A stretch of 64,000 bases of DNA from Felis catus (lineage: Eukaryota): contig NC_058382.1 of NCBI RefSeq assembly GCF_018350175.1, positions 55,678,001 to 55,742,000 of the forward strand, in the 5' to 3' direction. The notes under the pieces were generated by a model. That model saw only the letters and a program-made list of their open reading frames with translations, ran no database searches and was not told the DNA's origin. A program made the translations under genes and the position numbers. Each line of letters opens with the position of its first letter. The first letter of the stretch is position 1. Shown one piece after another: positions 25,208 to 37,633 of the stretch.

Positions 25208-25405
25208 AAGAGCTTCTTACCTCAGCACCATTGACCTTTGGAGCCGGACAGTCCTTCGTGGTAGGGGCTGTCCTGTGCATTGTAGGATGTTAGCAACACC
25301 TCTGACCTCAGTAGCATGCCCCCTAAATTGTGACAACCAAAAATGTTTCCAGACATGGTAAAATATCCCATCGGGGGCAAAATCACTCTCAGTAGAGAAT
25401 GGCCA
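25208..25405 (+). mobile_element. MER20 hAT-Charlie MITE
   Basis: ggggctgtcctgtgcattgtaggatgttagca...tgtgacaaccaaaaatgtttccagaca...gggggcaaaatcactc. Confidence 0.9.
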
Positions 25406-25429
25406 TGGATGTATAAATTCTAGAACATA

Positions 25430-25878
25430 GGAAATCCCTCTGATATCCCATGGAAGCTTTCTGTCTTTTAGGACTGGAAGTGAGGAATGTAAATATTGGA
25501 GAAACCACAAGCAGTTATGTGACTGTAGGGCAGAATGTATGAGAGAGTGAGACACAGAGAGAGAGAGTGATCTCTTTGCTGAAGTCCTGATCAAGTGGCA
25601 TCTGAATACTGGACGTCAGTGCTGGTAGTCAGTGCTATTCCTGAGCTTTTAAATTACATGAGCCAATATATATATACATTATATATATAAGCCAATATAT
25701 ATATATATACATTATATATATATAATATAAGATTAGATTATATTATATCTTATATCTCATATATATATCTTATATATATTATAATCTTATAAGATTATAT
25801 TATATTATATCAGTTTATTATTAGATTATATTATATATAATATATATGTATGTATGTATATATATGTATGTATATATG

Positions 25879-25926
<48 letters not shown>

Positions 25927-25990
25927 TTAAGCCAATTTATGCCATTACTTTGGCTTTCTGTCACTCATACCTAAAGAGTCCTACTTGACA
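25430..25990 (+). mobile_element. MLT1J-like 3' part split by AT-rich repeat
   Basis: ttacatgagccaata ... cttaagcca...tttctgtcactc...aaagagtcct. Confidence 0.6.
25661..25922. repeat. AT-rich low-complexity, quasi-palindromic repeat ending in (TA)n
   Basis: Read directly; central palindrome tataatcttataagattata at 25780-25799. Confidence 0.9.
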
Positions 25991-26254
25991 CAAGGGGCAT
26001 TGCAGAGAGAGTAAAAAGGGTTAATAATTAGGACACAACAGGGCCTTGTCATGTCCTTCATGCATGGGAGGCTGGTTGGGGTCAGGTGGTCAAAGGGCCT
26101 TGTATGCCATCCTGAGAGATTGGAACCAACACCGCAGAGGGTTGGTAGAATAAAGCCATTCAGCATTCCTGAAACTCTGAGTTTGGCTTTTATAGCCAGA
26201 AGGTATTGGAAATCACCCCCATTCTCATTGTCTTAGATGTTTCACTTCCATTGT

Positions 26255-26800
26255 AGTAAAATAATGGAACTGGTATTAGGAATGAAAATCCATAAACATC
26301 AAGAAGAATATGGATCCATGACCCATAAAGCTGATTTATTAAGAAAAATTTGCCGAGAAAACTTGATTGGTTTTATTGATGGAATGGCTAGAGTAGAAGA
26401 TGAAAGGGTTGCAGTAGAAGTCATAGATCTTACTTCAGTAATGCAGCTGATATATTATTTCACAAAATTTTGCTTGACAAATTAATTCAAATTGGGTTGG
26501 CGGGGAGCTGTCTGCACAGATTGAGAGCTGGACGAAGATTCAGAAAGCGAGGTAATGACAAACAGTCATGGATGGAGATACTATGAGCTGCCTGATGTGC
26601 TCCTGGAAGGGTGATCTGGCTCTGGCTTCACTGAATCTCTTAATTCCTTATTGAGAAGAAGGTGTAAATACAGAATGGTCAGCCTTAGCTGACGGGGTCA
26701 CTTACTGGATGGGCAGGGAAGGTCACTAGGAATTGAGTGACGTGGAGGAGGAATTGGACAGACTGAGCCTACTTAGGTTGAAGCTTCATGGGGAATGTCA
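26255..26800 (+). mobile_element. CR1/L3 LINE reverse-transcriptase fossil
   Basis: Translates with frameshifts to SKIMELVL...KICRENLIGFIDGMARVEDERVAVEVIDL / FSNAADILFHKILLDKLIQIGL / EEGVN...LADG / EEELDRL, collinear with CR1 RT motifs. Confidence 0.85.
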
Positions 26801-26919
26801 GCAAGCCGAGCTCACGGTGGGGCTGCAGAAGAAGCTGGGGATCTTGGCTGGAGTGGTCAGAGTGTGGACCATGATTGTGATGATGATTATGTCTCTGTAT
26901 CAGATGTCATCTGTGTCCA

Positions 26920-27636
26920 GATGTAAAAGCGCAAATCCAAATGCCTATAATAGGGCCAGGTGGAGAGATGACAGAAAGAATGTTTGACCCATGCAGCAAT
27001 GAAAATAAATGTAATTTGTCAACCTCAGTGAGTCTCCCAACCATGATGTTGAGTAAAGTTAGCTGGACCCAAAAGAAGACATTCGGTAAGAGTTCATGTC
27101 TATACAGCTCTCCAAACTATGTGCTTAGAGGTACATACATACACAGTAAAAATAAAGTGAAAAGTAAGAAAATGATTATCCCAAAGGTCAGCATGGGGGT
27201 GACCTTGGAGGGAGGTCGAGATTGTGATTGGAAGGACAGATAGGTCTTCTGGGGTGCTATGTTCCACTCCTTGACCTGGGACTTGATTACATAGATGTTG
27301 GCTTTCTAATTGCTGTTTAAACTGTGGTGCATTTTATGCACTTTCCTGAATATATGACGTATCCTACAATGAAAAAAGGAAAGAAAAAAGAGTTCAGGAA
27401 CCCTCCAAAGGCAGCAGCCGCTGGTTAGTTCCAACGCACGGCCATGTGACAATGGGGTCAGTGGTGTCAGATCAAACTTTTCAAAGAAGTAAGATACATG
27501 AATTTTTTTAAAAAATGTAAATAAACTTGTAACTAATTCCAAAATTATTTAGACATCATGTAAGCCGACAATGTGGACCAGATAAAATAGGTCTAAAGGC
27601 AAGACTGAGCCCATGACTGCCAGTTTATGACTTTTG
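26920..27636 (+). mobile_element. MER102-like hAT MITE split by an L1 fragment (parts ~26920-26975 and ~27395-27636)
   Basis: caaatccaaatgcctat...gggccagg; ggcagcagccgct...cagtggtgtcagatc...taactaattc...ctgccagtttatgacttttg. Confidence 0.7.
26990..27380 (+). mobile_element. Old L1 3' UTR (L1ME-like)
   Basis: atgttgagtaaa...aagaaaatgatt...ggggtgaccttggaggg...ttctggggtgct...ttgacctggg. Confidence 0.75.
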
Positions 27637-27689
27637 TCTCAAAAGTCAAAGATGGAGGGAAGGAGAATATTTTTACCTGGGCTGTATTT

Positions 27690-27920
27690 ATCAGCTTTGT
27701 TTGCACTGGTTTTTATCTGAGGAACTTTATGATAATTGCTAAGGCACTAGTGGGTCCTAACTAAGCACTTCCCAAACATGTCAGTCTTTCTACTTGCAAC
27801 TATTCTATTTTAGCTGGCATTCAGAGAGTTTAAGAATTTTTCACAGTATTAGACAGCTAGTAAGTGGGAGGGCCAATATTTGAACCTAGGCTGATTTGAT
27901 GGCACAGCCTGTGCCTTTTA
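27690..27920 (-). mobile_element. MIR
   Basis: cagctagtaagtgggagggccaatatttgaacctaggctg. Confidence 0.6.
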
Positions 27921-28729
27921 CTGATTTTGCAGGGGCTGTGAGTAGGCCGCAAACCTGGTGCCTCTTTTCTAGCCCTCTGCTCTGGCAGACATCATTAATC
28001 CATCAGTGCTCTTTCCTGCTATGTGGAGACCCGTCTCCTGTGTGCTTCACCCCAGCACTCCAGGAACCCATTCATAATTGATTGGACTTGGTGACTTAGA
28101 TGAGATGCATTTGCTCTTCTGACATCACGGACTACTTCTCCTGTGATTCAGGGTCAGGATGGACAGTTCCTAAATGGTGCTGTTACCTCAAGTAATGTCT
28201 ATTACAGCCTGGTTCTTCAATAAAGAACTGGTCAACCTGTTGCTCTCTCACGGACCTGGGTTATTTTTCCTGCTGTTGACATTGGTCCCGTCGCATCTGC
28301 TCCAGAACCAGGATGCTGGCTATGGGCTCTCCAGAGACTGACATGTCCTCAGTGCAGAGAAATCACCTTGAAAGCTGCTCCTCTCACTGTACTTTGAAAG
28401 AAGAGCATTATCAAAGGTGACTAAATGGGGTGTTAAATGATCTTTAGAAAAAGGGAAGGACAATGATGTACGTGACATCAGGTTAGTGCGGAAAGGAGAA
28501 AGGTGATAATGATACATCCATCTCCTGTATCCTGGTTAGAGACGGACCCAACCACAGGGGCCGTTCCGAGAAACTGCAGACCACTGGGTTCTGGTGGAGC
28601 CTGAGGGAACACATGGCCCACCACCCTCATTTCACAAATGAGGGCCAGGGGTGTAATGTGATTCATCCAAGGAGCAAGGATGCTCTTTCCTTCACGCCTG
28701 GCCACTCTCGCCATGATAAGAACAAAATG

Positions 28730-28930
28730 GAGGGCAGTCGTTAAGAGAACTAGTCTTGAGTTTACATCCTGACTCTGTTATGTCCTAGCTGTGTGACTTT
28801 GGTTTCTTAACCTGTCGTCTATAAGATGCACATAATAGCAGGACATATTTTATAGAGCTGTAGGGATTATAGGAAGAAATGCAGGTGAAAGTATGTATGT
28901 CTGATGCCTGGTGTGAAGCAAGGGCTCAAA
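28730..28930 (+). mobile_element. MIR
   Basis: tcctgactctg...tcctagctgtgtgactttgg. Confidence 0.6.
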
Positions 28931-29344
28931 GGATATCAAAGGATATACACATGTATACACATTTATATATTTACATAAAACCCTCACATCTAATATTCTG
29001 GCAGGTAATATGCTGTGAGACCTGTATTTCTAAGGCCTTCAATAGTTAAAATTGACTCTTACTTTATGAGGTTGGATTTATATGGCCATTTCAGTTCTGG
29101 CATGTGATCGTAGAAGGACAGCACTGTATCTTTTATAAGGAAATATTGTGTAAGTGTTGCTGTGAGAGGCCCCTTGGCCCTGTGCTGGCACCGTTGTCTA
29201 AGACATAATGCTTCTTAGTATCAGAATGGCTAATATAAGTGACAGTTTTCCTGCATTGGGTATCTTTTAATAATAGTTGAAAGTTATTTGAAATCAGGTC
29301 TTTATAAAGAGAAAAGAAAGCTTCATTTAGAACAAAACAGATAT

Positions 29345-29557
29345 GGGGTGCCTGGGTGGCTCATTTGGTTAAGTGTCTGACTTCCGCTCGGGTCATGATC
29401 TCGCAATTTGTGAGTTTGAGCCCCGCGTCGGGCTCTGTGCTGACAGCTCGGAGCCTGGAGCCTGCTTCCGATTCTGTGTCCTGTCTCTTGGCCCCTCCCA
29501 TGCTCATGCTCTGTCTCTCTCTGTCTCTCAATAATAAATAAATGTTAAACAAAAATG
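29345..29557 (+). mobile_element. CanSINE
   Basis: TSD gaacaaaacagata at 29330-29343 and 29558-29571. Confidence 0.97.
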
Positions 29558-30009
29558 GAACAAAACAGATACTATTCATAGAAGAAAATGAACTATGTCC
29601 TGATGACTCTCTGGGGTCTTTCTTGGACAGCCATGGCCATATTGGTCCTAGTGGTGGGAGTGACTGAGCCTAGGCTTGTTAAGGATGGGGCAGTTAGGTA
29701 ATTACTTACCTGTTGGGAGGAGCTGAGCATCCCAGGGTGGAGTCAGGATCCAGAGCTGAGCAGGCTATTTGAATGAGGGTCAAGGAGAAAGCAGAAGCCA
29801 GATGTGAGGCTTTGGGAAGAGACAGGGATTCCAGGGAAGGTGCAGGTCACAGAGCTTCCTATGGCCTGTGGGGTTGCTATCCAAGTTGTCACTGTTTGGT
29901 TGTTGTTGTTGGCCTTTCCCAGGAGGAAAGCATGTGTGTTTGGGGGTAGAGGTGGGAAGTCAGGGAGAGAAGGCTGCTGTTAAGGGAGCTGAGTCAGTTC
30001 AGGCAACAA

Positions 30010-30900
30010 AGATAGACAGATGAATAGATGGAAATACACATAATAAATATATACTATTTAGGCAATAGGTAAGTAAAATAGGTAAGGTGATACAATAAGC
30101 AATGATATATAAGTGACAGGTATAGACAACATATAAGTGATAGATGGATAGATGGATAACAGGTAAGTGGTAATAGAGACTAGCTAAATAGTTAATAGAG
30201 TGATGGATGGTGCATTGGTTTTCTGTTGTTGCTGTAACATGTTACCACAAACCTAGTGGCTTAAAACAGCACAGATTTTCATCTCATAGTTCTATAGGTC
30301 AGAAATCTGGGCAGCTAGATTGGTTTCTCTGATCTCAGTTTCATGTGTCCAAAGTCAAGGCATCAGCCAGGCCTGTTGTCCCTTTCTGGAGGCTCTGAGA
30401 TGAATCTCCTTCCAAGCTCATTCAGATTGTTGCTCGAATTCAGGTCCTCCTAGTTATAAGACCAAGGTTCCCAGGGAGCAAGGGAACAAGTAAGGGAGTA
30501 AGTCTCTCTTACTCTTGGAATGTCTCCTGCTTCCCACTTCTGTCTCATTTCTTCTACTTCCTCTTCTGCTTTAAAGGCACACCTGATTATGTCAGGCCCA
30601 CCAGGATGATCCAGAATAACCTCCCTATTTTAAAGGCAGCTGATTAGAACCTTAATTATATCTTCAAATTCCCTTTATAGCAGTAACTAGGTTTGTGTTT
30701 GTCCTATAACTAGGCTGTAGGAATCTTGGGGGACATCTTTATAATTTTGCCTATGACAGTTGGATGGATGCGTGAATGCATGGAAAAATAGATAGCTAGA
30801 TAAGCAGGCTATTGATAGGTAATAAATGGATGGGTAGCTAGCTAGAAAATGGATAGGTAGATATGTGAACAGATGGAAGTATAACATTGATAAGTTAGGT
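30010..30900. repeat. Degenerate (GATA/GATG)n tract split by an MLT1 LTR
   Basis: gatagacagatgaatagatgg... at 30010-30210, resuming ggatggatg...gatagctagata at 30760-30900. Confidence 0.7.
30211..30758 (-). mobile_element. MLT1E-like MaLR solo LTR
   Basis: TG...CA termini; gctgtaacatgttaccacaaacctagtggcttaaaacagcac; near-TSD gatgg/gttgg. Confidence 0.88.
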
Positions 30901-31175
30901 AAATACCAGTTCATGTCTGTTATATAATTACCAGTGCTTCCACAAATAGAGTTTGGGTAGAGTTCTTATCCAGGAGTGAGCATGATGATGCCATCAAGGT
31001 CTGGATCTGATATTTCCTTTTTCATGATCCTATATTTATGACTTACTTATATGGCCACCACTTACCACATCCTGGTCTTGTGACACTTTATAATTGAAGC
31101 TGATATCAGAGTTGGATAGATTTTTTAGTGTTTGTAAGTAATTATCCTATTTTCTAGCTCTGCTTATTTATTCTT

Positions 31176-31395
31176 CTTTAAAAAATGTTTGTTTACTTAT
31201 TTTTTGAGACAAACACAGAAAGAGAGCATGAGTTTGGGAGGGGCAGAGAGAGAGAGGGAGACAGAGAATCCCAAGCAGGTTCCACACTGTCAGCATAGAG
31301 CCCAGTGTGGGACTCGAACTCACAAACTGTGAGATCATAACCTGAGCCAAAATCAAGAGTTGGATGCTTAACCGACTGAGCCACCCAGGCGCCCC
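31176..31395 (-). mobile_element. CanSINE
   Basis: TSD ctgcttatttattctt at 31160-31175 and 31397-31412. Confidence 0.97.
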
Positions 31396-31414
31396 ACTGC
31401 TTATTTATTCTTGA

Positions 31415-31700
31415 TCCACTCAAAAACATTTACTGAGCAACTACTTTGTGCCAGGCACTGTGAGACATTCTAGTGATACAATATATAAGGCAGCTCTCAC
31501 AAAGCCTATAGTCTAGGGGGAGAAACTGAGAAGTAAACTGGCAATACTGATCTCAGGCAACAGGTCCGACCAGAAGGAGAAATACAAGGTGAAACTCATC
31601 AGATGGGCACATAGCCTAGACTTTGGGAGTCTGGGAAACTTTGTAGAAAAAGCAACATCTAATCTGAAACCCCAAGAATGCATAGGGATTAGTCATATAA
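31415..31700 (-). mobile_element. L2 3' end
   Basis: aaacatttactgagcaactactttgtgccaggcactgtg. Confidence 0.8.
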
Positions 31701-32489
31701 AGGAAGCGGCTGCCTTGAACACCAGAATCTCATCAACTCTAATTCAGTTGCGCTGGTTATTTCTGTTCCTAATTGCTACTGCACAGATCTGTGCATACAC
31801 TGCACATTTAGAATGTGTTGGTACTTTCAAATGCAAATGTGTTCTACAAAAATGTCCTTTGCTTGTACAACTCAGCAAAAGTTCTCTGTGACTTTGGTGG
31901 TGGTGTGGGTTTTGAGGATTTTATTTTTAATTTAATTTTATTTTTTGCTCCAAGTGGGGAAGGGATTCAGTGTTTGTCAGACTTGGGGCTGCCTGGATAA
32001 TTCTTCTCCATTACTAAGAGGGTTTTGGGCTCTGTCTGCCATTGCTGTATTCCCCAAGTACAGAGGCTGCTCTTAAAGCTCTATTTGTAGAAAAAAAATG
32101 CTGAGGCCACAGAGGTTTTTGTTTAGTTCTTCTCTGCTCCTTAAATATGGGGTCACACTGTGGGGGATAGAGCTGAAGGGTCTAGCAAATAAGGAACTGG
32201 GGATTCAAGCTCTCATTCCTTCTCCCTCCTGCCCGTCAAACTCTGGTTTCTGATCGTCGCCTACCTGACCACAGCATTCCAGTCAGAACTCCAGTGGTGT
32301 CCAGGGAAAAGTGAATCCTGAGAAAGGAGCTGAGATCATGGGAAATCATCTTCCCCCTCCCAGTGTTGTGTGACCTGATGGGTGATACAGGTTCTTGGAA
32401 TTAACAGTGTGTGAGCTTGTATAAGCCCCTCGCCTCTCTGCACTTCATGCCCTAATTCTTAACTCAAGGAAAAGAGTGGAATCAAGGGG

Positions 32490-32710
32490 TGGCATGTCGC
32501 CCTGGGTCAGAGCATCAATTTTACAGTATTTGAATCACAGCCTCACCCCTGACTGGCTGTGTAGCCTTAGGCATGTTACATAACCCTTGTGAACCTCAGT
32601 TTCCTCATGGATAAAATGGAGGCAATATTACGCTTTCTAGCACTCAGAGGAACAATGCACATCAAGTAATTAGCCTAGTGCTTGCTAAAAGCCTCTTGGT
32701 TTTAATTATT
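32490..32710 (+). mobile_element. MIR
   Basis: ggctgtgtagccttaggcatgttacataacc...gaacctcagtttcctcat...taaaatgg. Confidence 0.75.
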
Positions 32711-33920
32711 GTCAAATGTTTTACATGGCTCTGATTCCCTAATACAGCCGCTTGCTTTAAACACACACACACACACGCACACACGCACACGCATCATGAT
32801 CTTGATTTATTGACCATGAAGAAATAGTGAACTGTGGAAAAATGTGAAGCATAAAGCGGTGTTAAGAGAAGTTAATAATAAGCAAACAGAAGAGTGTATT
32901 TTAGAGGCTTAATTTTTGATCTTATTAACCCACCCTGGAAATTAAAGGTAGATATGGATGTGACATTATTTGATTTTGACAGTGGATTTTAAAATAGGGA
33001 GACGCTTCAAAGGCATACTTTCAAATTGTCTTTGAAACGGAATTTAGATTATCAAAATTCTGCCTGTGTGTGCCTTTGTAAAAAATATATTTATGGATAG
33101 ATAAGCTTTATTCCAGTGTCTGCATAAATATGAGTTGATGTTGAACAATAAAAGGTTTCCACAAAGGGCTAACATTTGTTTATTAAACAACAGAACTTGG
33201 TCCCGTCCTTCAGTTTGTCTCTGAATTCAGTTGATTGACACCTCATTATTAGTAATCCACTGTCAGAAATCATTTTCACCACATAAAGAATCTGCAGGCT
33301 TTGGGTGGCACTTAACCACTTCTCACCCATGTATGTTTTTATATTAGCAATGAAGTATTGATAGTTTTAGAATGGAGACTAAAATATGTCTGTGGAAAAT
33401 GATTACAGATGTTGGCAGTGATGAAAAAGGTGGCAGTTTTCGAAGAGAGAAAGCTTAGTTTTTAGGAAGGCGGCAACCGAGCATGTGGATACCTGAAGGA
33501 GTGTCTCTCAAGAAAGAGATTAAGGATAGGCTAGAAATATGATTGATGGAAGAGTGGAAGTGAGAACAAGTGAGATGGTGGCATTAGCCTTGAAGAGAAA
33601 TAAGAGGCTTTTCTTCTTTGAAACAAAAGTAGAGAAAGTGAGGATGGCGTAAACGTTCAGAAGGAGGAAATTGGGGAACGGATGTCCCATTCCTGGATGA
33701 ATTGAGGTGAGAATTTGGATGTGATTGGCCAAGGATTGGAAAAGGGCAGTCAAGTTTGTTAGTCATTGGAAACAAACAAAGAAACAAAAATGTGGGAAAC
33801 TGGAGATGATGAATAGAGTCTTAAATTTATTCTTCTAACTATTATTTATTATTTATGTTATGCTGGGAGCTAGAGATAAAGCCGTGAATAAAACAGAGGG
33901 TCCCTGATCTCATGGAGCTT

Positions 33921-34278
33921 GTTAAAGGAAGCTGGTATGTTTAGCCTGAAAATGCAAAGACCAGAGAGAATGCCAAAGATATATCCATATATTTGAAGAG
34001 GTGCCAAGCATGTATTGGGAAGAAGTCCTGCCTGTTCTATGTGTTACCAAAACAGATCTAAGACCAGTAGGTACAATTTATAGGAAGCAAGATCTTGACT
34101 CAAAATAAGTGAGAAATGGGTGCCGTTGGAGGGAGGGAGTCGCCTGTCATTCTGAAGATATTCAAACAGAGAACAGGTAGCCATTGGCCATGATTAATAG
34201 AGATAGTTTGAGTGTTAGAAGGCAAGTTGCAGTTGATGAGCTTTTAAGACACCTTACAACTCTGTGAGTCTGTGAATC
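33921..34278 (+). mobile_element. CR1/L3 LINE 3' end
   Basis: ttaaaggaagctggtatgtttagcctgaaaa (LKEAGMFSLK, cf. LKELGLFSLEKRRL), tatttgaag, tattcaaacagag, and 3' tail ccttacaactctgtgagtctgtga. Confidence 0.8.
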
Positions 34279-35634
34279 ACTGGGTGTCATCGCACGATGT
34301 CACTTTCAGAAATTATTGCATAGATTGTCATCCTGCTTGAACTGTTGTCACTGTGCATTTACTTTATTTTAAGGGATGGGAGGAACCTGGTAGAAGGTAC
34401 AAGTCTATTTCCTTTAAAGTAACTACTCTTCTATTTTCTTGTGATTAAGACATTTATTTAAAACCAGGCTTGCTAGTAAAAAGGCATATAATCACTGGTT
34501 CTCTTCAGCCCCTGTCATGACAGATTAGCATTAATAATTTAGAGAACAGCAGCATTAAAAGTAATTACAAACTGTCAGAAAGATACAAGAAATATGACAT
34601 AGTTCATAGCTTCTTTTCAGACCTCAAATATTATTTGAGGGGAAAAATAATTACATTTTCCTGTTCATTTCCTAATACAAATAACTTAGGAAATCTCATA
34701 ATTCTTGAAATTTGCAATTAATTCATTGAAAAACTAATGTCAGTTTGAAAAAAAGGCCTCTTTGGTCACAAATTTCCACTGTGGAATGATTCCTTAGGGC
34801 ATATTCCCAATTTCCTTGTCAAGGCTCATTTTAAATGCATTAACATAGCAACATGAATAAATCAACTAGCATTTAAAAATATAAATTGTCTAAACTTCCT
34901 TTAATTGTGCACGCATTTAGCTTTTTCTTCTTTGTCTATCTAAATACTACAATCTCTTGATTTAGATGCAACTCCATACAAATCTAAGATATCAGAATCT
35001 AGTAAAATTCTTCCCTGTGAACTTTTGTCCAACCCAAGCCTTTTTTGTTCTATCTGTCCTATCCAGTGCCACATCTCATATGAAAAATGAGAAGGGTGTT
35101 AGTATTAATTTCTTAATAAAATTTGTAAGTCCTCTTCCACCCCTCTTCTTTCTACAATCCTTTCTTCTTCATTGCATGTACATTTACCCTGAGAAGAAAA
35201 AAGACAGAGTGGACACTGTCACTCTGTGCTTCTTTATTATTCTAGACATAGAAGGGAATTTGAGTACCATTCACTTAGAACCTAGACGCTAAGACACATA
35301 TCTTGTGGTAGTCATGTCACTTTATGTTTTGTTGTTTTGTAAAAGCAGAAAACTCTTAGTAAAAATAGTTGTTAGGATATCAGTGGAACAGTTTGACCTC
35401 AGGAACAGAGTGCATGTGGCCAACAGATCCAAACATACTGGAATGAGTTGTTGCATTGATGTCCATGATCTTTTTACCCTTAGAGTACCTGGCATACTGC
35501 CAGGAGACAACAAATATCAGGAGACGGCCAAGGATGTCACATGGAAAATGAGGGAGGGAGAAAAGAAAGAACACTACTGCATTCTTAATATTTGTTGGCT
35601 CAAAAAGTCACCATTTTATAGGACATATTCTTTA

Positions 35635-35849
35635 AAAAAATTTTTTTTAATGTTTATTTATTTTTGAGAGAGAGAGAGAGAGCATGAACAGGAGAGGGGC
35701 AGAGAGAGAGGGTGACACAGAATCAGAAGCAGGCTCCAGGCTCTGGGCTGTCAGCGCAGAGCCCGACGCAAGGCTCGAACCCACAGACCGTGAGATCATG
35801 ACCTAAGCTGAAGTCAGACACTCAACCGGCTGAGCCACCCAGGCGCCCC
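35635..35849 (-). mobile_element. CanSINE
   Basis: TSD aggacatattcttta at 35620-35634 and 35850-35864. Confidence 0.97.
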
Positions 35850-36195
35850 AGGACATATTCTTTAGCTAGAAGGTCATATGGGTTAGTTTACATGCTATCT
35901 TGTGAAATACTGGTTTAGATTAGTTTTATTTGTATCAAATTATTAGAAGCTTAATTGGGTTAATATTCTTTTGAAAAAGAGAGCTAATTTGACTCCTCAG
36001 TATGTACCATAACTTGCACATATGCTCTTACTCTTTCCTGTTCCTTTTGTCTCTTCCATGATAACCTGTACTCTTTGGGAAAGTTACTTTTCATATAATG
36101 GTTTATAATGATGTGGATGCATTAGATTACTTGGGGATAAGACTTTATACTACCGCCTTTTTATAAAAAGTCCTCTATTGACAGAGATGCATATA

Positions 36196-36569
36196 CACAT
36201 ATATTTTTTTGATTTACATCCAAATTAGTTAGCATATAGTGCAACAAAGATTTCGGGAGTAGATTCCTTAATGCCGCTTACCCATTTAGCCCATCCCCCC
36301 TCCCACAACCCCTCCAGCAACCCTCTGTTCTGCATATTTAAGAGCCTCTTATGTTTTGTTCCCCTCCCTGTTTTTATATTATTTTTGCTTCTCTTCCCTT
36401 CTGTTCATCAGTTTTGTATCCTAAAGTCCTCATATGAGTGAAGTCGTATGATATTTGTCTTTCTCTGACTGACTGATTTCGCTTAGCATAATACCCTCCA
36501 GTTCCATCCATGTGGTTGCAAATGGCAAGATTTCATTTTTTTTGATTGCTGAGTAATACTCCATTGTAT
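36196..36569 (-). mobile_element. 5'-truncated felid L1 (3' UTR)
   Basis: tttacatccaaattagttagcatatagtgcaacaa...ggagtagattccttaatgcc; TSD agatgcatata at 36185-36195 and 36570-36580. Confidence 0.93.
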
Positions 36570-36612
36570 AGATGCATATATTTTGAGATAAAAATTATGT
36601 TAGCCTCTTTAA

Positions 36613-36825
36613 AAAATTTTTTTTAATGTTTTATTTATTTTTGAGACAGAGAGAGACAGAGCACGAGCAGGGGAGGGGCAGAGAGAGAGGGAGACACAGA
36701 ATGCAAAGCGGGCTTCAGGTTCTGAGCTGTCCCAGAGCCCATCACGGGTCTTGAACCCACAAACTGTGAGATCATGACCTGAGCTGAAGTTGGACGCTTA
36801 ACCAACTGAGCCACCCAGGCACCCC
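36613..36825 (-). mobile_element. CanSINE
   Basis: TSD atgtta(g/c)cctctttaa at 36597-36612 and 36826-36841. Confidence 0.97.
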
Positions 36826-37633
36826 ATGTTACCCTCTTTAACAACTGATATAACACAGCTCCCTATGAGGAAAGCCTTTAAAAATACTCTTTAATGTTTG
36901 CTTATGATACAGGTCATTCATACTCACCATAGAACAGTTAGGATAAAGAAAACCAGATGATCACAAAGAAGAAAATGAAAATTCACTATCCAGTGGTAAT
37001 AACTATTATCAAGTTGTGTTTGGCCGTCTAAAATTTTTTCATGCACTTATATCTTTTAAAACAGTGAATCATATTGTACAGGCTCTTTGGGACCAGCTTT
37101 GTTCTTTCAACACTGTATAATGGATGTCTTCCCTTATTGACAAACATGCAACTTTATCTCTGTTTCTAATGACTACTTAATTTAAGCCATTGTTCTTTAA
37201 GCATGCCCTATCATTGAAAATTCAGATAATTTCTACTCTGTTGCCATTAAAGAATTCTGCCATGGACATCCTTATAGTTCTCCCCATTCCCCCCTCTGCG
37301 TTCATTTAAGACACTCCCAGACATCCAGGTCTGTCAGGGAGTAACTGCCATCCCAGACAGAAATAGAGTCAAATCCAATTCTTAGTGCTGTGTGGGCAGG
37401 GTCTGACCAAAGGAAAAAGTGAACCAGAAGGATGAAGCTGTGGGCCAAGGAGAGTCTTCATCATATTTTACTCTTTCTGCTGAACATCTTCTCCTTCTGT
37501 TAATTCTGTATTAATAATGGTGGCCATCTACATAATCCTTTCCCTAAGAAAGTCATGGATTTCCTCAGCCATAGTTATTGGAGTGGACATTACATTTACC
37601 CTGAAGGGCAGTTGACCTTGTTAAAAAACAAAA

